Positions 10,545 through 21,333 of a stretch of 64,000 nucleotides of DNA are shown here, piece after piece (the stretch's first letter is position 1; each line of letters begins with the position of its first letter). This stretch comes from Sedimentisphaerales bacterium (GTDB lineage: Bacteria > Planctomycetota > Phycisphaerae > Sedimentisphaerales > SM23-30). The DNA is taken from the NCBI GenBank assembly GCA_963666285.1, contig OY762711.1, one strand, 5' to 3'. The notes beneath the pieces are model-generated. The model was given only the letters and a program-made list of their open reading frames with translations, ran no database searches and was not told the origin of the DNA. Both the position numbers and the translations under genes were made by a program.

Positions 10545-11531
10545 ATGGGCATAGCAACTTCAGGCAATTCCAGACGCTGGAAAAAATACAGGGATATATT
10601 TCTACGCTCGATGGTGCCGGCACATATCAAGAGGCGATTTCGCAATCTTTCTACCGATCAGCTGAATTCACTAATACATATTTTATCTGAGTATCAACTG
10701 GCACCAGAAAAGACTGATGCAAGTACGATTGATTCTGCCGGTGATCAGTTATTAACTCGTCTTAACTATTGTCGCTTATCTATGATCCCGCTAGTCGATC
10801 ATGTAAAAAATTTAGATGGCTTGAAGGTCCTGGAAATTGGCTGCGGTACAGGAAGCTTCTCTGTTGCCCTTGCCGAACAGGGAGCAGAGGTATATGGCCT
10901 GGATATCGACCCGTCTTATGTTAAGATCGCACAAAAAAGATGTGAACTATACGGACTTAAAGCTGATTTGCGATCTGGAAATGCAACTGAGATAAAAGAG
11001 ATTTTTTCTGACGTAAAATTTGACCACATAATCTTCTATGCCTCGCTGGAACACATGACCACAACAGAAAGAATTTTGTCTATCAAGTACGCCTGGGAGA
11101 TGCTCGAAACCGGAGGACTTTTATCTGTTGCTGAAACTCCCAATAGATTATGGCTGACTGATTCACATACTTCTTTTCTGCCTTTTTTCCACTGGCTGCC
11201 TGACGATCTCGCCCTGCTCTACGCAAAACACAGTCCCAGGAAAGAAATTAACAACATACCTGATGAATTCAACCTGGATAATTGCACTAACCTTACTCGC
11301 AAAGGACGCGGAATAAGCTATCACGAATTTCATCTCGCAATTGGCAGCCTGGATAAACTTAACATAGTGAATAGCCTGCAGGAATACATGCAGCAGAAAA
11401 GCTTGATATATCGCTTCATAAGGAAATTTTCTTTACAATATCGGTTTGGACGAATGCTGATGATGTACGGCCCCGGAATCCACCTTGGATTTTACGAGCG
11501 TAATCTTTATTTCGTAATGCAAAAAAAATAA
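10545..11531 (+). CDS. Class I SAM-dependent methyltransferase
   Basis: VLEIGCGTG, GLDID, FDHII...SLEHM. Confidence 0.85.
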   Translation: MGIATSGNSRRWKKYRDIFLRSMVPAHIKRRFRNLSTDQLNSLIHILSEYQLAPEKTDASTIDSAGDQLLTRLNYCRLSMIPLVDHVKNLDGLKVLEIGCGTGSFSVALAEQGAEVYGLDIDPSYVKIAQKRCELYGLKADLRSGNATEIKEIFSDVKFDHIIFYASLEHMTTTERILSIKYAWEMLETGGLLSVAETPNRLWLTDSHTSFLPFFHWLPDDLALLYAKHSPRKEINNIPDEFNLDNCTNLTRKGRGISYHEFHLAIGSLDKLNIVNSLQEYMQQKSLIYRFIRKFSLQYRFGRMLMMYGPGIHLGFYERNLYFVMQKK

Positions 11532-11747
11532 TATTGGCGAATCCGTAAATTAATGCATCAGAAATAACTTCGCTTAGCTTGACTTCTCTAGCGAACAATC
11601 TGGCATACTCCTGAATTTGAATACCGCCAATTCGAGAATTTCACACCAGCGTTTTTGATAATTCCCTGAAAGGAACTTTGCGCGTAATGTTGAACTGGCA
11701 AAAGCTCAACTTGCATAAAATGCAAAGCTCACACCGATCCTCTTCTA

Positions 11748-14192
11748 TCATGCCTTATAAGAAACTGTAAGCCTGTTGGTTACCATAACCAGCTCCGGCA
11801 TGATAATATTAACTTTTTCGATATCATTTACTATGGCCGCTCTTTCCAATGAAAGAACAAGCTCTCGCAATTTTTTGAAACCGGCGCCGCCGGCAGAGTC
11901 ACGGAAATCAAAGGCCAGACGGGCAACATCTGCCATACTTCCTATATTTACCGCCTCTTTGATGTTTTTTACATATTCCGGAACCATCTCGATAAAACAA
12001 TCAACTATTTCAACCATTTCCGGATCGCCTGCCAGTGTAGAAACTTCAGGTTCAACATCAGTTGCCATCATATCCAGATCCGATGGTGTTATGCTAAAGA
12101 AATTATCCGCATCTATTTTACGGGCCGCTTCTATTTGTTCTCCTGTTATGGAAGAATATTCAATTGTGACTGAATCTAGTTCAGATTTCATTATCGGTTT
12201 ATACAATCTTCTTTTGCAGCCTATCATTTTACAGAGCTCTTCTGTATGTTCCTCATTATTCGTACTCATAGCTATTACCGGAATCTCTTTTGCTCGCTCT
12301 TCAACTAGTTTCAGTACGGTTTGGTCATACAGTTCCGGCAGCGTCACATCCAGTAGGATAAAATCATAACGATTGTTCAAAATTTTATCTAATGCTTCGC
12401 CGCCATTGTCAGTATATTCATAGCTGATATCCATATGGTCGAGATATCCATTGATAATATTCAGCTGGTGCTTGTCCTTTTCGACTACCAGCACTCCGCG
12501 AGATTCCTGCTGGCTGATCTGGCTGTCCTTTGTTTTTTGCTGAATCTTCTTATCTACCGGAATAGATACTGAAAATCTGGAACCCGCGCCAACTGTACTT
12601 TCCAGCTCGATTCTTCCGCCTAGTAAATCGACATACCTTTTTGCGACTGTTAAACCAAGACCCAAACCGTCATATTCCCTGGTACGGCTCATGTCTGCCT
12701 GGCTGAACGAATCAAAAATATTTTCTCTGACTGATTCATGAATGCCGATACCGGTATCAACTATTTCAAAATTAATAAACTGACATTCATTTGTTTTTCT
12801 CGCTGACAAAATTAATTCAACTCGGCCACGCTCGGTGTACTTTATCGCATTCTCTATAATATTGAATATCGCCTGCTTTAATTTCGGCAGATCGCTCCTG
12901 ATCTCATGCGGGCAATCTGCAGCACGGCTGATACGAAATTCCAAACCCTTTTCTTCCGCGGCATCTTTATACAGTACAATCACGTAATCTATAATATCAT
13001 CAACAGTAAACCATGATTTATTAATGGTGATAATATTTTTCTCGAGACGTGAAAACTCCAACACGTTATTAAGAACTTTTATCAGATCCTTTGTACAGCC
13101 GTAGATTGTATCTACATGTTCCTTCTGTTCGTCTGTCAGAGGTTCATCCAATAGCAACTGGGAAAAACCCAGTATGCCGTTTAACGGGGTGCGAAGCTCA
13201 TGACTCACATTTGCAAGAAAATCACTTTTAGCTTTGCTGGCGTCAAAAGCGTCCTGGGCGATCTGATTAGTATGAGAAACCACTTCTTCAAGATGCCTGT
13301 TTATCTCCATCATCTGTTTGTGGTCTGCTTTCGCTTTCTCCTGGGCACTCTTAATCATTTTTTCCATTTCATGACGCTCTGTCAGGTCGTCTATTGTAAG
13401 AACTACATGCCTCGCTCCATCAAGCATTACAGGTTTGATACTTACCCTCGCCCACATCTTGGTATCATATTTTTCATTACTGAACGACAACTCCATTTCT
13501 CGATGAAGTATACCTTTATTACTGGCAAATGCTTCTTCAACACTTTTCACCAAAGGACAGAATTTCCTATGTGACTCATCACCGCACGAACCTTCACATC
13601 TGACACTATGATAGCAATGGATAAACTCCCCGACTTTCAGGCCGGGCTTGAACTTGCCTATAACGCCTGACATATAAATAGCATATGTATTGGCCATCTT
13701 TACATACAGGTTCTCATCAACCAGCAGCATACCGACATGCTGACTTTGTGCCAGTGCCCGCATATAACGGTTTGTTACATTATTTTCATTGTCAAAACGC
13801 TGAAGATCATTGTAAAAACTAACGAGGTAGGGAACCAGTTCCTTACTTATCCTGTCCCGACAGACATATGCTGTTGCCCCTTGGCGAAGAGCCTCTATCC
13901 GATCGCATTCTCTCTGCTTTTCACATACCAGAACTAACGACGAATTACAACCCTGTTCGCGAGCTCGCCGGATAAGAATCATACCATTCTCATTGAAAAC
14001 GTTTTCATCTATCAGAAAGATTTGATATGTATTATGCACTATATCGTTAATGACTTGCTGGTATTCGCTACCAATATCAACGGTATTGACATATTCAACT
14101 GACGATAACAATTCCTTAAATTGTTCTGCCAGCTTAGAGTCTTCACTTACCACCATTATTTTTAAACTTTGCATTTCCATCAACCACCCCAA
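11748..14192 (-). CDS. Hybrid histidine kinase (REC-PAS-HisKA-HATPase-REC-Hpt-like)
   Basis: FLANVSHELRTPLNGILG, NIIENAIKYT, DTGIGI, GLGLGL, REC ILLDVTLP...KP; C-terminal Hpt-like helix. Confidence 0.92.
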   Translation of the reverse strand: MGWLMEMQSLKIMVVSEDSKLAEQFKELLSSVEYVNTVDIGSEYQQVINDIVHNTYQIFLIDENVFNENGMILIRRAREQGCNSSLVLVCEKQRECDRIEALRQGATAYVCRDRISKELVPYLVSFYNDLQRFDNENNVTNRYMRALAQSQHVGMLLVDENLYVKMANTYAIYMSGVIGKFKPGLKVGEFIHCYHSVRCEGSCGDESHRKFCPLVKSVEEAFASNKGILHREMELSFSNEKYDTKMWARVSIKPVMLDGARHVVLTIDDLTERHEMEKMIKSAQEKAKADHKQMMEINRHLEEVVSHTNQIAQDAFDASKAKSDFLANVSHELRTPLNGILGFSQLLLDEPLTDEQKEHVDTIYGCTKDLIKVLNNVLEFSRLEKNIITINKSWFTVDDIIDYVIVLYKDAAEEKGLEFRISRAADCPHEIRSDLPKLKQAIFNIIENAIKYTERGRVELILSARKTNECQFINFEIVDTGIGIHESVRENIFDSFSQADMSRTREYDGLGLGLTVAKRYVDLLGGRIELESTVGAGSRFSVSIPVDKKIQQKTKDSQISQQESRGVLVVEKDKHQLNIINGYLDHMDISYEYTDNGGEALDKILNNRYDFILLDVTLPELYDQTVLKLVEERAKEIPVIAMSTNNEEHTEELCKMIGCKRRLYKPIMKSELDSVTIEYSSITGEQIEAARKIDADNFFSITPSDLDMMATDVEPEVSTLAGDPEMVEIVDCFIEMVPEYVKNIKEAVNIGSMADVARLAFDFRDSAGGAGFKKLRELVLSLERAAIVNDIEKVNIIMPELVMVTNRLTVSYKA

Positions 14193-14234
14193 GGGAAAAT
14201 GTAATTGTTCTACTTTTAATCCGCACTATAAATT

Positions 14235-15500
14235 TTATACTTTTTTATCGCGGGCACTATCCATTGCCGATACCAAAGCTTCTTTATCGACTGGCGTACA
14301 AATATAATCTGCCGCTCCCCGGACCAGCGCTTCACGACCGTACAATGGATTTTCCGCTATCGCTATTACGGTATTGGAATAGTACAATTCCAGAACCTTC
14401 ATAAATTCAAGCGGGTTTTCCGGATCGTAACTGGCAAATACCACTTCAAATTCTTCGATTCCATAACATTCACTAACGGCACTATTCTTACAATATACCA
14501 TGCCGTAACCGCATCCGGATAATGTTTCTTTGATTGTGTTCTGACTTAAATTATCGCCGCCAACCAGCAGCGCCTGGTGTTTATCAACCCTGTCATGACA
14601 TTTCAGCCTGTGCCCGATAATTGCAGATTCAACTGCATCTTCCAGGTAATCTTCGATCGCTTCCGGGGTAATACATTCATCTATCCCGGCACGGCTAAGC
14701 ATACGGCGGTCATCTTCATTATCTACAACGGCAATAGAGGCTAGCGATTCTGCCCGATAGCGAAACTGCCTGGTAAAATCTTTGTCATAGCGAAGCTTGG
14801 TGCCATTACACAAAATTGTTAACTGGGCATTAGTCTTGGCCGCACTTGTCAATGCCTGGTGAACGCTAAACATCTTTTTTACATTAAAACCATCACGACG
14901 TAGCTGTTTGTATATCTTATCATCTACATCGGATGTATTGTCGCTTACCAGTAATATCAACACCTGTTCACGGTTTTTTATGCTCCTGCGTATCTCACGT
15001 ATTTTATTGTCCTTGATGATTATTTTATTGGCATCCTGGTAGCCGATTGATTTACAGCCTACCTCGGTAATTTCATTTTTTTTAGGGCCCGTTACATCTT
15101 CCTTGATACGAACTACCTCTACAACCACTTCTTTATTTTTTCCGACCGGGGTTGCAAAATGAACCTTTATCAAACGGGATGGGATAAAATGTCCTTCAAC
15201 CTGCAAACAAAGGCCGCTCCTCGACACATCTTTGAGAGATGCCGTATATTCAACTCGTTCTCCTGACTTTACATCGGTCAGGCGGATAATCTCAGCCTCT
15301 GCATCATAGGGGATACGCTGCTCGTTTCGCTTGTTCTCCGGCTTGACGCCGCCTAGCTCAAGACTGACCAGCTGGACCAGCGACCCGGCATCGTCAACCA
15401 GCTGACGGATCTCACCTAACTCATCCTGGTCACAGGACTCCAATATCTTTCTTATCTCTTCCAGTTTTGAAAATGGCATTATGTTTTCTCCGTTTTCCAA
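14235..15500 (-). CDS. PilZ-domain protein with degenerate receiver-like domains
   Basis: RNEQR (RxxxR) and DVSRSG (DxSxxG) c-di-GMP motifs; C-terminal ALVRGAADYICTP is REC-like. Confidence 0.75.
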   Translation of the reverse strand: MENGENIMPFSKLEEIRKILESCDQDELGEIRQLVDDAGSLVQLVSLELGGVKPENKRNEQRIPYDAEAEIIRLTDVKSGERVEYTASLKDVSRSGLCLQVEGHFIPSRLIKVHFATPVGKNKEVVVEVVRIKEDVTGPKKNEITEVGCKSIGYQDANKIIIKDNKIREIRRSIKNREQVLILLVSDNTSDVDDKIYKQLRRDGFNVKKMFSVHQALTSAAKTNAQLTILCNGTKLRYDKDFTRQFRYRAESLASIAVVDNEDDRRMLSRAGIDECITPEAIEDYLEDAVESAIIGHRLKCHDRVDKHQALLVGGDNLSQNTIKETLSGCGYGMVYCKNSAVSECYGIEEFEVVFASYDPENPLEFMKVLELYYSNTVIAIAENPLYGREALVRGAADYICTPVDKEALVSAMDSARDKKV

Positions 15501-15854
15501 CTATAAGTACAATGCTATGAAATTAGTTTCGGAATCTTACACTGACCACTGAATGAGATTATCCGACAATTAAGCTATTTTTAAATGTAGCCGTCCACGA
15601 TAACTTTCACAATCGATACAAACTATACAGAGTCCCATAAAATCACCTGCTTCAATACTAATCCGGCAATAATCACTTATAATTGCAGACTTCCCTGGCA
15701 TACAGTTTCTAACAGGCCAAATATGAAAGTCCAAAAAACTTACTACATGCCATAGTATAATTGTTTCCTCATAAATTCCCCCGATATTATTCCTACATAA
15801 CTAACTACAATATATATATTTAAATAATTATGGTTCGGTTTTAATATCAAAACC

Positions 15855-15906
15855 TACGAAACTTTTCGTGAATTAATTTGACTCTACGAACTTGTTCGTA
15901 TATATT
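15855..15906 (+). promoter_or_regulatory. sigma70-type promoter of blaI-blaR with two palindromic BlaI-type operators
   Basis: TTGACT(15878)-17 bp-TATATT(15901). Palindromes TACGAAacttTTCGTG (15855-15870) and TACGAActtgTTCGTA (15885-15900); the second lies inside the promoter spacer. Confidence 0.75.
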
Positions 15907-15988
15907 TCATAATAGATCATTTGTCCAATAATAATGGCAATTGGCAGGACTGCACGCCAAACACAAATTTGAATTGAAAGGCAGCAAA

Positions 15989-16375
15989 ATGGTAAAGCAA
16001 AAGAATTATCAGCCTACCGACAGGGAACTACAGATACTCAGAATTCTATGGGATAACGGTCCGGCAACTGTCCGGGAAGTCAACCGCCAGATGAACGAAA
16101 TCGAAAAGACCGGATATACCACTACCCTCAAACTTATGCAGATAATGGTAGAAAAAGAACTGCTGGATCGCGATGACAGCCAGTTTAAACATATCTACAG
16201 CCCGGCGATCAGTGAAGAAAATACCCAAACTCAGGTAGTCGGCAACCTGGTAGACAAACTGTTCAGCGGTTCGGCTGAAAAACTTGTCATGCGGGCACTT
16301 TCTGCCAAAGAAGTTTCGCCCAAAGAATTGGCTAATATCAAAAAACTCATTAATGAAATAGAAGAAGGGAAATGA
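15989..16375 (+). CDS. BlaI/MecI/CopY family transcriptional repressor
   Basis: PTDRELQILRILWDNGPATVREV...GYTTTLKLMQIMVEK...LFSGSAEKLV; ATG at 15989 preferred to the TTG at 15941. Confidence 0.93.
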   Translation: MVKQKNYQPTDRELQILRILWDNGPATVREVNRQMNEIEKTGYTTTLKLMQIMVEKELLDRDDSQFKHIYSPAISEENTQTQVVGNLVDKLFSGSAEKLVMRALSAKEVSPKELANIKKLINEIEEGK

Positions 16376-19300
16376 TCATGGAATTATTACATAGCTTAAT
16401 TGAAGCTGAACTGACCCAAAGAATCGGATGGACTCTTATTCATTTTTTGTGGCAGGCGGCACTAATCGGCATCATCACAACTATCATTCTCAGCATCGCC
16501 AAAAAGAACTCTCCGGCAGCAAGATACCGAATTGCCTTTTCTTCGCTCTACATTATGGTACTGATTTCTCTTATTACTTTCAAATCGATTTCTATCGAAA
16601 TACCCGGCATTGATAACACAAACACTGCCGATATTGTACCGCTGGTAATTGCTGATGTACCGATAAATAATATTCCGGACAATGAAATTGTTCATCAAAC
16701 GCCCACACCGATCCAAATTACTACCGATAATAACACTAAAGAGTTTAAATTTGAAGCTCTAACACCCTATATCGCTCTTGCCTGGCTCGGCGGCATATCA
16801 ATTCTTAGCATCCTGCATATCGGCGGATGGTTCCAGCTCCAGAAATTACGTTGGCAAACCGTTAAACCCGTTGCAGAGTCTGTTAAATCGCAAATGAATG
16901 CATACGCAAAAACTCTAGGCATATCCAGGGCCGTTAACATCCTGGAATCGTCACTGGTACAGGTGCCAACTGTCATTGGACATTTCAAACCGATTATTCT
17001 GCTGCCCGCCAGTGTTATCTCCGGCATAAGCTCCGATCAGATCGCTTCACTGCTCGCCCATGAGCTGGCACATATCAAAAGAAACGACTATCTGGAAAAT
17101 ATCGTACAGACTGGTTTTGAAATTCTAGGCTTTTTCCATCCGGCCGTATGGTGGCTGTCTAAAAAAATACGTACCGAACGGGAAAACTGCTGCGACGACC
17201 TGGCTATCGAACTTTCCGGCAGCAGAATCGAATACGCCAAAGCTTTGACTGCTATGGAAGAATTACGCAGCAAACAATACAAACTCGCTGTCGCTGCTAC
17301 TGACGGTAACCTCTACTGCCGCATCCGAAGGCTGCTTATTGAAGACAAAAATAACGAAAGAATAACCTCCGGCATATATTCTGCCATGGCCACATTACTG
17401 ATTATGGGCATTATCCTCCCCTGCGCTTTCGCACTGGCGACAGCAACAGACGAAAAACCGGATGTTATGCCGGTCATTGTCGACGGTGCCCAATCTTATT
17501 ATGTGAACAAAAATGTGTCTGAGTTTACCGGACCAGAAGATCTTTCCACACCCGAAACCGCTTATGTCGCTATCTGTAAAGTACACACTGCTGACGATCC
17601 TAAAGAATGGAAACGACTAAGCGAAGAAAGAATTGCCAAGGCAATTGACACATCACGCAAACCCAACCCAAATCCAAACTGGGCAAACGTCTGCCTCCAC
17701 GCTAAAATCAGGGAAGTGCATATAAAAGATGATATGGCTTTGGTTGTTGCTGAATTACTGCAGGATTATTCCGACAAGCCTATCCGCAACCCTATCGACC
17801 TTCGCAGTTTTTCTTTCCAAAATGGTAAATGGCTCAATTCAGGTAACGGCAGAGTCAATACTATAGAGCAGGCGCGAGACGACTTCAAGCTGTCCTGCAA
17901 ACTAAAGGAAGAAGAGGCCAAACCGGTCTTCCAGCCTGAACCTGCCGAACAAATACAGGCTTACGAAGTACAAAAAAATGTATCTGAATATACCGGACCC
18001 GAAGATTTCTCCTCTCCTGAAACCGCTTACGTTGCCATAAATAGAGTTATGGCCACCGACAACACATCCGACTGGAAGCGGGTAAGCGTTCAAAAACTCG
18101 CAAAGGTTTTCTCGCCTTCCAGAAAAGCTAACCCGAATGCCAACTGGGCCAATGTAGTTTCCAACGCAAAAATTCACGGCGTTATTATAAACGGCAGCAA
18201 TGCCGTAGTAATTGCTGAATTCCTGCAGGAGTTCTCTGATAAAAAGATCTACCAGCCTATCGATGCCCGCTACCTCGAACTCGAAAACGGTAAATGGCTC
18301 AATACCGGCCAGGACAGGTTCAATTCTATCATAGAAGCGAAAGTTAAATTCAAAAATTTCATCGATAAGAATAAGCCAGACAACAAGCCCGGCCTGAATA
18401 TATTTATCGACCAGATCGATATCGACAATGACACACCCGCAGACATTATCAAAATTCTGGGCGAACCGGAAAAATATATGTGGGACAATCAAACGTTCAC
18501 CAAGGACAACCTGCCCGCTCGGTATGTAATGATTTACCCTATCCATCTAAACGTGTTCGTTACCAATAACTATATTGTAGAACTGCGAGTTGAAGGCCCC
18601 GGCGATTATATCTATGGCAACGCCCTGAAGTTCGGCTCTTCACTCGATGAAGTTATCAAAACGCTCGGCGATCCCGACGAAACTGTTACCGGGAAAGCCA
18701 ACAAATTCAAAAGCAATACGCTCTATAAAAATATCGACGGTCAGGATGGATACTGCTATTATGCCCGCGAAGATAAAAATATCAGGGTATGGCTCCGCAG
18801 CAACCTGGTAATGGCGATATATCTCACCAGGAGCGACTACAGCGACGGCGGCAGCGGCAGGAAAACATACTCCGCCGAAAATCTGCCGCCCAACAGTTTC
18901 ATCAACGAAGAAGGACACCTGGTCGATAAGGTTAACTACCCGTTTGAAACCGACCCCGCTGTTATCGGCAAATGGACCAGCGTTGATTTCGTCGACAACA
19001 TCGACCAGTTCAAACCAAAACGCAAACACTGGGGCGGCGAACTGTTTTTACAGAGTATTACATTCACTGATACCGGTGATGCAATATATAAACTGGACAA
19101 TAAGCAAAACACAAATATAGTTGTACATAAATGGACCAAAGGGCTGCTGCTCGGCACAAACACTGCCAGTAAATATACTGTCAAGGAAATCAACGGCGAG
19201 ACATACATGTTCTACGAATGGAAAAGCGGCGACTATACCATTCGTCATATGCACCCCTGCTATTATGTCCTCAAGAAGGATAAAAATAGTGGTATAGCTC

Positions 19301-21225
19301 CTGACACAATCGGTGGCAATAGCCGTGGTATAAGCATCACAGCACAAAATGAGGACAGCTCAAAACCAAAAATTTCAACGGAAATAAGGTTAATATATTC
19401 TCCAGAAAAGATCCCTCTATTACCTGTAAATGCAATGGGATCGTTTACTCTCTCCGAGAAAGAAGCAGAAGAACTAATAAAATACACGAAAAATAATGCT
19501 AGCTGCAGATCAGTAACAGCCCCTAGTATTACAACTATTGATGGAGAGCAAGCAAACCTGAATTTTTCCAAGGAAATTGTTTATGTTTTAGACGGTCAAA
19601 CAATTGCCGAAAAACAAACTGTCGATGAAGGTGTAAACATTGATATTGTCAGCAGCATCGAAGATAATAATTACTTAAATTCTAAGATTGAATATAACCA
19701 TACTTTTCTGGCTAACGAAAATACTGGCGATGTAGCAAGATCAACAATGTCAACAAACCAAAGTATCAAAATAGGACAGACTATTGTCATTGCCAGTATA
19801 ACTTTCAAAGATGGATATATTACAACATTAATCAAACCAGAAATTGCAAAACCTGTCGAGCCGGCGAGTGGAAGCGGTAATATGCCAGGTGGCATGGGCG
19901 GAGGAATGATGGGAGACATGGCTCCTCCTTCCGGAATAGTTGGTGGTATGGTTGAAGGTTTTCAACCTGGCTATAACCACACTATCACCGGACCATCAGT
20001 AAAAACTGAAGTTAGAATTGCCACACTGCCAAACAACTCTGACCTGCTAAAAGAAATAATGCAAAATCCAATTATAGATGATGCCAGGGCAAATGAGATT
20101 ATCAGTCTCACCAAAAAAGATGCAAGAAGCAGACTTCTTACGATGCCATACTGTAGTACACCTGACAACGTTCGGTCCAATTTTTCGTTTGGAGAAACAA
20201 AACTATTTATCACAAATCATATTGCACTTGACAAAAAGTTCGTTAGAGCAGATATAGAATATGAAAATATAGAAACAGGACCAGATGGAATAGCATCTTC
20301 AAACTCAAGTGCAACATCTTTAGTTATCCCTTCTGGCAAGACCTGTATAGTATCAGGCTATAATACTGCTGACTATGCAACACTACTTCTCATTAAAGTC
20401 ACTATCAATGAAGCAGAAGAAACTGCGAAGAAGGAAGCTGATAACCTGGAAGTGGTAAAGATAGAGTTCGTTCCCAATGTAGAAATGGAACAACTGGCAC
20501 AAGGTAAAAATGTACTCTGCTTAAATGTTAAAAACAAAAGCGACAAAGACCGGCTTTTCGCCGTCCATATATACACCCGCTCGCCCGATATGGGACCAGA
20601 CGGCATCGGCTGGGGAACAGTATTTTTTGAAACAATACCCGCCAAACAGACAAAACTGGTCAAAGCTCCATTCAAAATTCAAGGACCCATAACAGACAAT
20701 ACTTATGTCAGGCTCAAATACTACAACCCGGCGTCAGAAGAACAATACGACTATGAAAAACCGTTCCACGAGGAAAAACTTAATGCCGCTAAGATCAATG
20801 CTGTATTTGCAAAAGATAGAACTCCGGGTACTTTATCAAAAACCGAACCTGTTTCAAAAGAACTCACCGAATCCCTTCTAAACTTCCAGGACCTCATCCG
20901 GAACAAAGCCTATGACAAAGCATGGGATATGCTCACAGACGATTACCAGGTTTCCGAATACCAGCACAAAGGGTTAGATCGGTTCCGCAAACACATGGAA
21001 CCGGTTCAACCGTTAGATGATGGGTTCTCATGGAAGAAAGAAACTTTTCTGAATATGAAACCTGCTGCCATGAAAGCTCGCGGCCAGGCTGCCTTCCAAA
21101 ATAAAGCTTATGTATATGCCGAAACTGAAAACGAAAAATGGACTATCGTCTTCCTGCGTGACGAAAACGGTCAATGGAAAATCGACGATATAACCGGCTA
21201 CACTCCGAACGTTGTTAATATGTAG
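16372..21225 (+). CDS. BlaR1/M56 family metallopeptidase sensor with very large multidomain extracellular region
   Basis: LAHELAHIKRND (HExxH), FFHPAVWW, ERENCCDD; ATGA overlap with the blaI-like gene. Confidence 0.92.
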   Translation: MIMELLHSLIEAELTQRIGWTLIHFLWQAALIGIITTIILSIAKKNSPAARYRIAFSSLYIMVLISLITFKSISIEIPGIDNTNTADIVPLVIADVPINNIPDNEIVHQTPTPIQITTDNNTKEFKFEALTPYIALAWLGGISILSILHIGGWFQLQKLRWQTVKPVAESVKSQMNAYAKTLGISRAVNILESSLVQVPTVIGHFKPIILLPASVISGISSDQIASLLAHELAHIKRNDYLENIVQTGFEILGFFHPAVWWLSKKIRTERENCCDDLAIELSGSRIEYAKALTAMEELRSKQYKLAVAATDGNLYCRIRRLLIEDKNNERITSGIYSAMATLLIMGIILPCAFALATATDEKPDVMPVIVDGAQSYYVNKNVSEFTGPEDLSTPETAYVAICKVHTADDPKEWKRLSEERIAKAIDTSRKPNPNPNWANVCLHAKIREVHIKDDMALVVAELLQDYSDKPIRNPIDLRSFSFQNGKWLNSGNGRVNTIEQARDDFKLSCKLKEEEAKPVFQPEPAEQIQAYEVQKNVSEYTGPEDFSSPETAYVAINRVMATDNTSDWKRVSVQKLAKVFSPSRKANPNANWANVVSNAKIHGVIINGSNAVVIAEFLQEFSDKKIYQPIDARYLELENGKWLNTGQDRFNSIIEAKVKFKNFIDKNKPDNKPGLNIFIDQIDIDNDTPADIIKILGEPEKYMWDNQTFTKDNLPARYVMIYPIHLNVFVTNNYIVELRVEGPGDYIYGNALKFGSSLDEVIKTLGDPDETVTGKANKFKSNTLYKNIDGQDGYCYYAREDKNIRVWLRSNLVMAIYLTRSDYSDGGSGRKTYSAENLPPNSFINEEGHLVDKVNYPFETDPAVIGKWTSVDFVDNIDQFKPKRKHWGGELFLQSITFTDTGDAIYKLDNKQNTNIVVHKWTKGLLLGTNTASKYTVKEINGETYMFYEWKSGDYTIRHMHPCYYVLKKDKNSGIAPDTIGGNSRGISITAQNEDSSKPKISTEIRLIYSPEKIPLLPVNAMGSFTLSEKEAEELIKYTKNNASCRSVTAPSITTIDGEQANLNFSKEIVYVLDGQTIAEKQTVDEGVNIDIVSSIEDNNYLNSKIEYNHTFLANENTGDVARSTMSTNQSIKIGQTIVIASITFKDGYITTLIKPEIAKPVEPASGSGNMPGGMGGGMMGDMAPPSGIVGGMVEGFQPGYNHTITGPSVKTEVRIATLPNNSDLLKEIMQNPIIDDARANEIISLTKKDARSRLLTMPYCSTPDNVRSNFSFGETKLFITNHIALDKKFVRADIEYENIETGPDGIASSNSSATSLVIPSGKTCIVSGYNTADYATLLLIKVTINEAEETAKKEADNLEVVKIEFVPNVEMEQLAQGKNVLCLNVKNKSDKDRLFAVHIYTRSPDMGPDGIGWGTVFFETIPAKQTKLVKAPFKIQGPITDNTYVRLKYYNPASEEQYDYEKPFHEEKLNAAKINAVFAKDRTPGTLSKTEPVSKELTESLLNFQDLIRNKAYDKAWDMLTDDYQVSEYQHKGLDRFRKHMEPVQPLDDGFSWKKETFLNMKPAAMKARGQAAFQNKAYVYAETENEKWTIVFLRDENGQWKIDDITGYTPNVVNM

Positions 21226-21247
21226 AAACAACAATAACCTCCTCTTG

Positions 21248-21282
21248 AAGCAGCTTTGATTTTTTTTCAAAGCTGCTTTTTT
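21248..21282 (+). terminator. Intrinsic terminator between convergent blaR-like gene and hemL
   Basis: AAGCAGCTTTGA-loop-TCAAAGCTGCTT followed by a T run. Confidence 0.75.
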
Positions 21283-21333
21283 CATCCCTTTTACCTCTTA
21301 CTTCTTACCTCTTCCCTCTCTCTTCTCGCTTCT

